Shown: positions 46,467-55,236 of the stretch, one piece after another
Numbering within the stretch: position 1 is the first letter of the stretch
How the letters are laid out: every line of letters begins with the position of its first letter
Assembly: GCA_038252405.1 (NCBI GenBank)
Contig: JBBSAJ010000001.1
Coordinates: forward strand, 50,530 to 114,529
Length of the DNA stretch: 64,000 bases
Source of the DNA: Actinomycetes bacterium
GTDB taxonomy: Bacteria > Actinomycetota > Actinomycetes > Prado026
Reading direction: 5' to 3'
Translations under genes and position numbers: made by a program
The notes under the pieces: generated by a model
Seen by the model: the letters and a program-made list of their open reading frames with translations, nothing else
Databases searched by the model: none
Told to the model about the DNA's origin: nothing

Positions 46467-46566
46467 AGGTGCCCTTCTGTGCGCAAGGCCGCAACAAGCC
46501 GCCCTTCATCGCCGTCCATGAAGGGTAGGAAGGTGCGGCAGTACGCACAGAAGGGCACCTTCATGC
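46461..46566. repeat. REP/BIME-like element, copy C: two hairpin units head-to-head (106 bp) between the converging GMC oxidoreductase and aldehyde dehydrogenase genes; the GMC stop codon lies inside the first arm
   Basis: Outer arms gcatgaaggtgcccttctgtgcgca / tacgcacagaagggcaccttcatgc, with the internal words cccttcatcg and catgaaggg. Confidence 0.85.
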
Positions 46567-46580
46567 GGATCGGGGGGAGG

Positions 46581-48086
46581 TCAGGGGCGGAGGCGGCGGC
46601 GCTTGCCGTGCAGGGCGGTGACCACCTTGACGATCATCTCCACCGACTCGGGTGTGCGGTCGAACGACGTGAGCGCCATCGGCAGCGCGAACCGCTGGCG
46701 GGTGATCGCCTTGGCCCGGCTGAACTCCTTGAGCCCGTCCGCACCGTGGATCCGACCGAACCCGGAGTCGGCGATGCCGCCGAACGGCAGCGCCGGCACG
46801 AACGCGAAGGACAGCGGCGCGTTCACCGACGTCATGCCCGAGCGGATCCGTCGGGCCAGCTCCATGCCCCGGCGCTTGGAGAACACCGCGGCACCTAGGC
46901 CGTAGGACGACGCGTTGGCCCGGTCCACGCCCTCGTCGGCGTCCCGCACCCGGGTCACCGACAGGGTCGGTCCGAACGTCTCCTCGGTCACGGCCGCGGA
47001 GTCCTCGGGGACGTCGAGCAGGACGACGGGGTCGACGTAGGGCGCCCGCACCGACTCGATCCCGCCGACCACCGCCCGGCCGCCGGTGGCGATCGCGTCC
47101 TCGATGTGCCGCCGGATGATGTCCACCTGCGCCGGCATGGTGATCGGGCCGTAGGACGCGCTGGCGTCCGAGCCGGGGCGCAGGTCCTTCACCTTGTGCA
47201 CCAGCTTCTCGACGAACGAGTCGTAGACGGCATCCGCGACGTACACCCGCTCGATGCCCACGCAGGTCTGCCCGGCGTTGGACATCCCGCCCCAGGCTGC
47301 GGCGTCCGCGGCGGCGTCGAGGTCGGCGTCGGCGTCCACGATGAGGGCGTCCTTGCCGCCGCACTCGATGAGCACCGGCGTGAGGGTCTTGGCGCACTCG
47401 GCCATCACCTTGCGCCCGGTCGCGGTCGAGCCGGTGAAGGCGACCTTCGCCACCCCGGAGCTGCACAGCGCCGCTCCGGTGGCCCCGAACCCGGTCACCA
47501 GCTGCAGCACCGGCTGCTCGGGCACCACCTGGGTGAACGCGTCCACCAGCCAGGCGCCGATCCCGGGGGTGTACTCCGACGGCTTGAAGACGACGGCGTT
47601 GCCGGCCGCCAGCGCGTAGGTGATCGACCCCAGCGGGGTGAACACCGGGTAGTTCCACGGCCCGATCACCCCGACCACCCCGAGCGGCTGGTACTCCAGC
47701 CAGGCCTGCTGGTTCGCCGAGAGCAGGCTCGGTCGGACCCTGCGCGGGCCGAGCACCGTGGGCGCGTGCTTGGCCGCCCAGTTGATGTGGTCGATCGCGA
47801 TGATGATCTCCAGGATCGCGTCGTCGACGGGCTTGCCGTTCTCCCGGTGCATCAGCTGGGCCAGCTGGGTCATCCGGCGGGTCACCACCCCCTTCCACGC
47901 CTGCAGCCGCTCGGCGCGGCCCCGGTAGCCGAGGTCGACCCACCACTGCGCCGCCACCCGGGCGCGGTCCACTGCCTCGCGCACCGCCTGCTCGTCGTGC
48001 ACCGGCCAGCTGGCGATCTCCTCACCGGTCGCGGGGTCCAGCGACGGGAACGTGTCCAGCGTGCGGCGGTCGTCGGCCAGGGTCAC
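46581..48086 (-). CDS. NAD(P)-dependent aldehyde dehydrogenase family protein
   Basis: The protein contains ...FTGSTATGRKVM... and ...LIECGGKDALIV..., carrying the catalytic Cys and Glu. GTG start with a GGAGG RBS. The track ORF 46581..48743 is an artefactual upstream extension. Confidence 0.85.
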   Translation of the reverse strand: MTLADDRRTLDTFPSLDPATGEEIASWPVHDEQAVREAVDRARVAAQWWVDLGYRGRAERLQAWKGVVTRRMTQLAQLMHRENGKPVDDAILEIIIAIDHINWAAKHAPTVLGPRRVRPSLLSANQQAWLEYQPLGVVGVIGPWNYPVFTPLGSITYALAAGNAVVFKPSEYTPGIGAWLVDAFTQVVPEQPVLQLVTGFGATGAALCSSGVAKVAFTGSTATGRKVMAECAKTLTPVLIECGGKDALIVDADADLDAAADAAAWGGMSNAGQTCVGIERVYVADAVYDSFVEKLVHKVKDLRPGSDASASYGPITMPAQVDIIRRHIEDAIATGGRAVVGGIESVRAPYVDPVVLLDVPEDSAAVTEETFGPTLSVTRVRDADEGVDRANASSYGLGAAVFSKRRGMELARRIRSGMTSVNAPLSFAFVPALPFGGIADSGFGRIHGADGLKEFSRAKAITRQRFALPMALTSFDRTPESVEMIVKVVTALHGKRRRLRP

Positions 48087-48168
48087 GGGGGCCTCCGGGG
48101 TCGGGTCGGGGACGATGCGACCAGTCTGGGACACTGACGAGCAGATCGTCACCCGGAAGGCGGATGAG

Positions 48169-49947
48169 ATGGCGCGCGTTTTCTCCTCGGTCGGCGTCGT
48201 GGGGCTGGGCACCATGGGTGCCGGGATCGTCGAGGTGTTCGCCCGCAACGGGCTCACGGTGGTGGGCGTCGAGCGCGACGACGCGGCGCTCGACCGTGGC
48301 CGGGAGCACCTGGAGGTGTCCACCGGCCGGGCGGTGTCCCGCGGGAAGATGTCCGAGCAGGACAAGCAGTCCCTTCTTGGCCGGGTCACCTTCACCACCT
48401 CGATGGATGACCTCAAGGACGTCGAGCTGGTCGTCGAGGCCGTCCCGGAGAGCCTGGACCTCAAGCGGTCGATCTTCGCGAGCCTGGACGCCGTGACGCC
48501 CCCGGACACCATCCTCGCGACCAACACCTCCTCGCTGTCGGTCACCGAGCTCTCGGTCTCGACGAACCGACCGTCCAGGGTCGTCGGGATGCACTTCTTC
48601 AACCCGGCGCCGGTCCTCAAGCTGGTCGAGGTCATCGGCACCGTGGTGACCGACGAGTCGGTGCTGGCCGACCTCAAGGACTTCGCCGAGCAGCTGGGCA
48701 AGATGCCGGTCGTGGTGGGGGACAAGGCCGGCTTCATCGCCAACGCCCTGCTCTTCGGCTACCTCAACCACGCGGTTTCGATGTACGAGTCTCGGTACGC
48801 CAGCCGCGAGGACATCGACGCGGCCATGCGGCTGGGCACCGGCTACCCCATGGGTCCGCTGGCACTGCTCGACCTGATCGGGCTGGACACGGCCTACGAG
48901 ATCCTGGACACGATGTACCGGCAGGGCCGGGACCGGCTGCACGCGCCCAACCCGCTGCTCAAGCAGATGGTCACGGCCGGGATGCTCGGCCGAAAGTCCG
49001 GCCGCGGCTTCTACACCTACGACGCGCCGAACTCGCCGACCGTGGTCGCCGACAAGATCACGCCGACCGACGGGGACGGCACGGACGGCGCCCGCCCGGT
49101 CCGCCGGGTCGGCGTGGTCGGCTCCGGGACGATGGCCACCGGCATGATCGAGGTGTTTGCCAAGGCCGGGTACGACACCGTGTTCGTGGCCCGCTCCGAC
49201 GCCAAGGTCGCCACGGTGCAGACCGCGCTGGCTCGCTCGCTGGACAAGGGCATCGCCCGCGGCAAGCTCACCGAGGAGGAACGGGACGCCACGATGGCGC
49301 GGGTCAGCGGCACCAGCCGGCTGGACGACCTGTCCGACGTCGACCTCGTCGTCGAGGCGGTGGTCGAGGACCTCGCCGTCAAGCAGACCCTGTTCGCGGC
49401 GCTGGACGACATCGTCAAGCCGGGCGCCGTGCTGGCCACGACGACGTCCAGCCTGCCGGTGATCGAGTGCGCCGCGGCGACCCGGCGCCCGAGCGACGTC
49501 GTGGGCATGCACTTCTTCAACCCGGCCCCGGTGATGAAGCTGGTGGAGATCGTCTCGACGGTCAGTACTGCCGCGGACGTCACCGCGACCGCCAAGGCCG
49601 TGTGCCAGCAGCTGGGCAAGCACGCGGTCAGCTGCGCGGACCGGGCCGGCTTCATCGTCAACGCGCTGCTGTTCCCCTACCTCAACGACGCGGTGCGGAT
49701 GCTCGAGGCGCACTACGCCACCGCCGACGACATCGACACCGCCATGAAGGTCGGCTGCGGCTACCCGATGGGCCCGTTCGAGCTGCTCGACGTCGTCGGC
49801 CTGGACGTGTCTTCGGCCATCCAGACCACGCTGTACCGGGAGTTCCGCGAGCGCGGGTTCGCCCCGGCGCCGCTGCTCGAGCACCTGGTCACCGCGGGGT
49901 ACCTGGGCCGCAAGACCGGGCGCGGCTTCCGGGTCTACGAGCGCTGA
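48169..49947 (+). CDS. 3-hydroxyacyl-CoA dehydrogenase, tandem-duplicated (two complete NAD-binding plus C-terminal domain repeats, 593 aa)
   Basis: Two GxGxMGxGI motifs (VGVVGLGTMGAGIVEVFA and VGVVGSGTMATGMIEVFA), each followed by ...HFFNPAPVMKLVE.... Confidence 0.85.
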   Translation: MARVFSSVGVVGLGTMGAGIVEVFARNGLTVVGVERDDAALDRGREHLEVSTGRAVSRGKMSEQDKQSLLGRVTFTTSMDDLKDVELVVEAVPESLDLKRSIFASLDAVTPPDTILATNTSSLSVTELSVSTNRPSRVVGMHFFNPAPVLKLVEVIGTVVTDESVLADLKDFAEQLGKMPVVVGDKAGFIANALLFGYLNHAVSMYESRYASREDIDAAMRLGTGYPMGPLALLDLIGLDTAYEILDTMYRQGRDRLHAPNPLLKQMVTAGMLGRKSGRGFYTYDAPNSPTVVADKITPTDGDGTDGARPVRRVGVVGSGTMATGMIEVFAKAGYDTVFVARSDAKVATVQTALARSLDKGIARGKLTEEERDATMARVSGTSRLDDLSDVDLVVEAVVEDLAVKQTLFAALDDIVKPGAVLATTTSSLPVIECAAATRRPSDVVGMHFFNPAPVMKLVEIVSTVSTAADVTATAKAVCQQLGKHAVSCADRAGFIVNALLFPYLNDAVRMLEAHYATADDIDTAMKVGCGYPMGPFELLDVVGLDVSSAIQTTLYREFRERGFAPAPLLEHLVTAGYLGRKTGRGFRVYER

Positions 49948-50969
49948 GCGCCGGCGAGCACTGAACGGACGCCGGCGACGAACGCGTCGACGTCCGCCTC
50001 GGTGGTGTCCCAGGAGCACATCCAGCGCACCGCGCCGGTCGCCTCGTCCCAGACGTAGAACGGTGACGTCGCCTGCAGCGGGGCGATCGCGTCCTTGGGC
50101 ACGCGGGCGAAGACCCCGTTGACCTCGGGCTCGCGCAGCAGCTCGACGCCGGGGACGTCCCGGACACCGTCGGCCAGCAGCCCGGCCATCCGGTTGGCGT
50201 GGCCCGCGTTGGCCAGCCACCGGCCGTCGGTGAGCAGCGCCTCGAACTGGGCCGCCACGTAGCGGGTCTTCGAGGGCAGCTGGCCGGCCTGCTTGCGCAG
50301 GAACCGGGCGGAGCGGGCCAGCTCGGGGTCGAACCACACGACCGCCTCGCCGTACATGGCGCCGTTCTTGGTGCCGCCGAAGGTGAGCACGTCGACCCCG
50401 GCGTCCGCGGTGACGCACCGGACGTCCCCGCCGAGCGCGGCAGCCGCGTTGGCGATGCGGGCCCCGTCGACGTGCAGGTACATCCCGTGGGCGTGCGCGA
50501 CCTCGGCCAGCGCGGCCATCTCGTCGGGGGAGTACACGGTGCCGAGCTCGGTGGACTGGGTGACGGACACCACCCGCGGCTGCACATGGTGCTGGTCGCC
50601 CACGGCGTGCAGCTGCTCGACGACCTGCTCGGGGCGCAGCTTGCCGTCGTCCACCGGCAGGTCGACCAGCTTGCAGCCGGTGAACCGCTCCGGTGCCCCG
50701 CACTCGTCGACGTTGATGTGGGCCGACTCCGGGCAGATCACCGCGTGCTGCGGTCCGAGCAGGGTCTGCAGCCCCACGACGTTGCCGCCGGTGCCACCCC
50801 AGACGAACAACACCTCGACGTCGCCGAGGAGGTCCCGGAAGGCCGCGGTGGCCCGCGCGGTCCACGGGTCCGCCCCGTAGGCCAGCGCATGGCCCTCGTT
50901 GGCCGCGGCGAGCGCGGCGAGGACGGCGGGGTGGACGCCGGATGAGTTGTCGCTGGCAAACAGGTGCAC
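49935..50969 (-). CDS. Low-specificity L-threonine aldolase (beta-eliminating lyase family, PLP)
   Basis: The protein begins MHLFASDNSSGVHPAVLAAL... and continues ...FGGTKNGAMYGEAVV. Its 3' end overlaps the previous gene by 13 bp. Confidence 0.8.
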   Translation of the reverse strand: MHLFASDNSSGVHPAVLAALAAANEGHALAYGADPWTARATAAFRDLLGDVEVLFVWGGTGGNVVGLQTLLGPQHAVICPESAHINVDECGAPERFTGCKLVDLPVDDGKLRPEQVVEQLHAVGDQHHVQPRVVSVTQSTELGTVYSPDEMAALAEVAHAHGMYLHVDGARIANAAAALGGDVRCVTADAGVDVLTFGGTKNGAMYGEAVVWFDPELARSARFLRKQAGQLPSKTRYVAAQFEALLTDGRWLANAGHANRMAGLLADGVRDVPGVELLREPEVNGVFARVPKDAIAPLQATSPFYVWDEATGAVRWMCSWDTTEADVDAFVAGVRSVLAGAQRS

Positions 50970-51010
50970 GCGTCCATCTTGCCCACTGCCTCGACGCCTA
51001 GAGTGGGCGG

Positions 51011-51325
51011 GTGAGCCCGCGGTCGAACCGGCGCCGCGCGGACGAGGTGCCCGAGCTCTCCGCGGGGCTGTCCGCTGAGCTGCCCGAGGAGGGGCCGGAC
51101 GGCGCCTGGATGGTCCGGCGGGTCACCGGCAGCGCGTCGACCAAGGTGTACCGCTGCCCCGGCTGCGACCAGGAGATCCGCCCGGCCACCCCGCACGTGG
51201 TGGCCTGGCCGGCCGACGGGCTCGGTGACCTGGGCGACCGCCGGCACTGGCACACGATGTGCTGGTCCGCGCGGACCCGGCGACGGCCCACGCAGCAGCG
51301 CGGCCGGGGCGGGTCCCGATACTGA
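51011..51325 (+). CDS. Hypothetical small Zn-ribbon-like protein
   Basis: A 104-aa protein with a CPGC...HWHTMC motif (YRCPGCDQEI...RRHWHTMCW). GTG start, high GC3. Confidence 0.45.
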   Translation: MSPRSNRRRADEVPELSAGLSAELPEEGPDGAWMVRRVTGSASTKVYRCPGCDQEIRPATPHVVAWPADGLGDLGDRRHWHTMCWSARTRRRPTQQRGRGGSRY

Positions 51326-51397
51326 TCCCCGACGGTCCCAGCGAGCTCCCAGCATTCGTTCATCAACCTCCCAGCGGCCGCTGGCCACACTCCGGGG

Positions 51398-52615
51398 GTG
51401 CGTACATGGATGCTCACCGGAGTTCTGGTCCTGGCCTTGCTGGGGGCGGGTCTGTTCTGGAGTACCCGCCACGGGGAGGCAGCCCAGACCCGCTACCTCA
51501 CGGCGGCGGTGACGCGAGGGACGGTGGCCGAGACGGTCGCCACGACCGGTTCGGTGCAGCCGCAGATCTCGGTGAGCCTGGCGTTCAGCGGGTCCACGTC
51601 GAGCGGCGCCGGCTCCTCGGGCGGCTCCGGCAGCGCTGGCGCCGGATCGGGCAGTGCCGGGGGATCGAACAGCTCAGCCGGGACCGGGAGCACGACGCAG
51701 AACGTGAGCAGCGGCGCGACCGTCGTGCGGACGGTGACCGCGAAGGTCGGTGAGCAGGCAGCCGCTGGTGCGGTGCTCGCCACGCTGGACGACACGGCCG
51801 CGCAGGCGCAGCTGAGCAGCGCCCAGGCTCAGCTGTCCAGCGCGAAGGCTCGGCAGGCCGCGGAACCGTCCGCACCGAGCGCGACGACGGTCGCGTCGGA
51901 CGCCGCCGCGGTGGCGCAGGCGGAGCAGCAGGTGCTCGGCGCGCAGCAGGCGGTGGCCGCGACCGTGTTGAAGGCACCCGTGGCCGGGGTGGTCACCGCC
52001 GTGAACGTCACGGTGGCCCTGCCCCCGCCCTCTCCCGCGATCACCATGCGGTCCAACGGCCTGGTGGTGGTCGCGTCGGTGCCAGAGGGTGCGATGACCA
52101 GTCTGCAGGCCGGGCAGCGGGCGACCGTGACCGTGCCGGCGCTGTCGAAGTCGGTGGCCGGAACGCTGGCGGCGCTGCCGACAGCGGCGTCGTCCAGCTC
52201 GGGGTCGGCCGTGACGTTCCCGGTGACGGTGAACCTGACCAGCCCGCCCGCGGACCTGCTCGCCGGGATGAGCGCGCAGGTCACGATCGTCATCGCGCAG
52301 CACGCCGACGTCCTGCAGGTGCCGACGAGCGCGATCCAGGGCTCGTCGACGGCACCGACGGTGCAGGTGCTGCAGTCCGGGGTCCCGGTGGGCAAGCCGG
52401 TGGAGATCGGGCTGAGCACGAACTCGAGCACCGAGATCGTCGCCGGGCTGAGTGAGGGCGAGACGGTGGTGGTCGGGGTGGTCAACCCGACAGTGCAGAC
52501 GTCGACCAGCACCACGGGTGGGCTCACCGGTGGCGGCGGCGGCCTCCGCGGTGCCGGGGGGCTGACCGGTGGCGGCGGCGGGTTCCGAGGCGGCGGCGGT
52601 GTCTCCGGTGGCTGA
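51398..52615 (+). CDS. Efflux transporter periplasmic adaptor (HlyD/MacA-type membrane fusion protein) with Gly-rich C-terminal tail
   Basis: An N-terminal TM segment, a biotinyl/lipoyl-like hairpin with a coiled coil (AQAQLSSAQAQLSSAKA), a beta-barrel domain, and a C-terminal GGLTGGGGGLRGAGGLTGGGGGFRGGGG tail. Confidence 0.8.
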   Translation: MRTWMLTGVLVLALLGAGLFWSTRHGEAAQTRYLTAAVTRGTVAETVATTGSVQPQISVSLAFSGSTSSGAGSSGGSGSAGAGSGSAGGSNSSAGTGSTTQNVSSGATVVRTVTAKVGEQAAAGAVLATLDDTAAQAQLSSAQAQLSSAKARQAAEPSAPSATTVASDAAAVAQAEQQVLGAQQAVAATVLKAPVAGVVTAVNVTVALPPPSPAITMRSNGLVVVASVPEGAMTSLQAGQRATVTVPALSKSVAGTLAALPTAASSSSGSAVTFPVTVNLTSPPADLLAGMSAQVTIVIAQHADVLQVPTSAIQGSSTAPTVQVLQSGVPVGKPVEIGLSTNSSTEIVAGLSEGETVVVGVVNPTVQTSTSTTGGLTGGGGGLRGAGGLTGGGGGFRGGGGVSGG

Positions 52616-52631
52616 GCCCGGGACGGCGTTG

Positions 52632-53315
52632 ATGGAGATCGAGAACCTGACCCGGGCGTACCGGATGGGTGAGGTCGACGTGTGGGCACTGCGCGGGGTG
52701 TCGTTCGCGATCCACCCGGGAGAGAACGTCGCGATCATGGGGCCCTCCGGGTCCGGGAAGTCCACCCTGCTGCACCTGCTGGGACTGTTGGACCGGCCGA
52801 CGTCCGGGTCCTACCGGTTCGCCGGCGTGGAGACGTCGACGTTGTCCGACGACAGCCAGGCCCGGCTGCGCAACAAGGTCATCGGGTTCGTCTTCCAGAG
52901 CTTCAACCTGGTGTCGGGGGAGTCAGCCCTGGAGAACGTGGCGTCCCCGCTGGTGTACGCGGGGGTGAAGCGGCGCGAGCGCCTGGACCGGGCGCGGGTC
53001 GCGCTGGAGCGGGTCGGTCTGGGAGACCGGCTGGGTCACGATCCGTCGCAGCTGTCCGGTGGGCAGCGACAGCGGGTGGCGGTGGCCCGGGCGCTGGTGA
53101 CCAACCCGCCGCTGCTGCTGGCTGACGAGCCGACTGGGAACCTGGACTCGGCCGCGTCCGCGGACATCTTGGCCCTGCTGGAGGGTCTGCACGCCTCCGG
53201 GCTGACCGTCGTCACCATCACCCACGACGTGGACATCGCGGCGAAGGCCCAGCGGGTGCTGCACATCGCCGACGGCCTGGTCGTCGGCGACGAGCGGGCG
53301 AGGGTGAGCGCGTGA
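52632..53315 (+). CDS. MacB-type ABC transporter ATP-binding protein
   Basis: The protein begins MEIENLTRAYRMGEVDVWALRGVSFAIHPGENVAIMGPSGSGKSTLL, with the signature LSGGQRQRVAVARAL and the Walker B motif LLLADEPTGNLD. Confidence 0.9.
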   Translation: MEIENLTRAYRMGEVDVWALRGVSFAIHPGENVAIMGPSGSGKSTLLHLLGLLDRPTSGSYRFAGVETSTLSDDSQARLRNKVIGFVFQSFNLVSGESALENVASPLVYAGVKRRERLDRARVALERVGLGDRLGHDPSQLSGGQRQRVAVARALVTNPPLLLADEPTGNLDSAASADILALLEGLHASGLTVVTITHDVDIAAKAQRVLHIADGLVVGDERARVSA

Positions 53316-54532
53316 GCTTCACCGAGGCGTTGCGGCTGGCGGTGCGGCGGCTGCGGACCAACCGGCTGCGGACCGCGCTGACCGCCCTGGGCGTGATCAT
53401 CGGGGTGGGCTCGCTGGTGGTGCTGCTGGCGATCGGCCAGGGCACGAAGGACCAGCTGACCGCGCGGATCGCGGGGCTGGGCACCAACCTGCTCAGCATC
53501 ACCGCCGGGTCGTCGTTCACCGGCCGGGTGCGCGGCGCCGCGGGGACCGCGTCGACGCTGACGGTGGGGGATGCGACCGCGGTGGCGGCGGTGTCGGGGG
53601 TGACCGCGGTCGCCCCGGAGATGCCGGTCAGCAACGTGGTGGTGGTGGACGGGCGGACCAACACCACGACGACCCTGACCGGGACCACACCGGCCGAGGC
53701 CACCGTGCGCAACTACCAGGTCCAGTACGGGACCTTCCTCACGCAGATGGAGACCGACAAGTCGCTGCGGGTGGCGGTGCTGGGGCCAGCCACGGTGACC
53801 GCGCTGGGCGCCACCCCGGCCACGATCGTGGGGTCGACCGTCGACGTCAGCGGGATCCCGTTCCGGGTCGTCGGGGTCACCCAGCCGAAGGGCGGCGCGA
53901 CCGGGTTCAACAACCCGGACGACTTCGTATACGCACCGATCACGGCGGTGCAGACACTGTTCACCGGCGCGACGACGTTGCGCTCCGTTGCCGTCTCGGT
54001 GTCGGACCCGACCCAGATCCCCTACGTGTCCAGCGCGATCACCTCGACGCTGCGGTACCGGCACGGGCTGTCCGGCAGCGCGACCGACGACTTCTCCCTC
54101 GCCAGCCAGGACCAGCTGCTGGCGGTCGCCGGGCAGCAGTCCGCGACGCTGCAGCGGTTCCTGATCGGGATCGCCGCCATCGCGATGGTCATGGGTGGGA
54201 TCGGGATCGCCAACACCATGCTCGTGTCGGTGCGGGAGCGGGTCCATGAGATCGGCACCCGCAAGGCCATCGGCGCGCGGCGGCGTGACATCGGTCGGCA
54301 GTTCCTGGTCGAGGCGGTGATCGTGACCCTGGGCGGCGCCCTGGTGGGCATCGTGCTCGGCGCGGCCGCGACCGTCCCGGTGGGGCACGCCGTCAACGTC
54401 ACCGCTGTCCCGTCGCTGGCCGCCATCGCCTTGGCCTTCGCGTCCGCACTGGTGGTCGGTGTGATCGCCGGCTACTGGCCGGCCCAGCAAGCCTCCCGGC
54501 TCGACCCCGTCGAAGCCCTCCGCTACGAGTGA
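53312..54532 (+). CDS. ABC transporter permease (MacB/FtsX family, four TM segments plus a large extracytoplasmic domain)
   Basis: The N-terminus is ...RLRTNRLRTALTALGVIIGVGSLVV and the C-terminal FtsX region is ...IGIANTMLVSVRERVHEIGTRKAIGA. It is GTGA-coupled. Confidence 0.9.
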   Translation: MSFTEALRLAVRRLRTNRLRTALTALGVIIGVGSLVVLLAIGQGTKDQLTARIAGLGTNLLSITAGSSFTGRVRGAAGTASTLTVGDATAVAAVSGVTAVAPEMPVSNVVVVDGRTNTTTTLTGTTPAEATVRNYQVQYGTFLTQMETDKSLRVAVLGPATVTALGATPATIVGSTVDVSGIPFRVVGVTQPKGGATGFNNPDDFVYAPITAVQTLFTGATTLRSVAVSVSDPTQIPYVSSAITSTLRYRHGLSGSATDDFSLASQDQLLAVAGQQSATLQRFLIGIAAIAMVMGGIGIANTMLVSVRERVHEIGTRKAIGARRRDIGRQFLVEAVIVTLGGALVGIVLGAAATVPVGHAVNVTAVPSLAAIALAFASALVVGVIAGYWPAQQASRLDPVEALRYE

Positions 54533-54548
54533 TGCAGGAGAACCACGT

Positions 54549-55235
54549 ATGTCCACGCCCCACGACCCGGCCCAGCCCGTCCCCCCGGTCCAGCCGGCGC
54601 TGCCGGACCTGTCGGAGTTCATCGCCAACCCCGGCAAGCCGCCCCGCGAGCCGAAGGTGGCCGGCGTGCGCACCTCGCTGTACGCGATCGGGGCGGTCGT
54701 CGGCGTCGTCCTGCTGGGAGCCGGCTACGCCATCGGTCACTACACCGCCAGCGGCCCGAGCACCCTGGTCGCTGCGGTCGCCGACGCCCAGGCCGGCAAG
54801 CTGCCCTGCGGCACCCCCTCGGCGGCCAGCGCCGGCGGCACCGGCGGCACCGGCGGCGCTGCGTCGAGCTTCCTGGTCGCCCGGCTGTGCCAAGGCTCCG
54901 CCAGCACCGGTGCTGGGACCGCGACCGGCACCGGTACGGGCGGCTTCCGCGGCGGCGGGTTCGCCGGTGGCGGCGGGGCGCTGGGCGGCCTGTTCGGTCC
55001 TGGCGCGGTGTCGGGGACGATCGCCTCGGTCGGCAACGGCAACCTGTCCCTGACCACTCGGGCCGGCACGGTCACCATCACCATCCCGTCGACCGCGAAG
55101 GTGACCAAGACCACCGCGGGGGCGCTGTCCGACCTGGCCAACGGCCAAAGCGTCGTGGTGACCACCACCACCAGCGGCACCAGCCGGACTGCCACGAGCA
55201 TCTTCGTGCTCCCGGCCGCGACCACGACCAGCTGA
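54549..55235 (+). CDS. Hypothetical membrane-anchored Gly-rich protein within the efflux cluster
   Basis: An N-terminal TM segment (LYAIGAVVGVVLLGAGYAIGHY), a GGFRGGGFAGGGG motif like the MFP tail, and a C-terminal beta-rich segment. Confidence 0.6.
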   Translation: MSTPHDPAQPVPPVQPALPDLSEFIANPGKPPREPKVAGVRTSLYAIGAVVGVVLLGAGYAIGHYTASGPSTLVAAVADAQAGKLPCGTPSAASAGGTGGTGGAASSFLVARLCQGSASTGAGTATGTGTGGFRGGGFAGGGGALGGLFGPGAVSGTIASVGNGNLSLTTRAGTVTITIPSTAKVTKTTAGALSDLANGQSVVVTTTTSGTSRTATSIFVLPAATTTS

Positions 55236-55236
55236 C

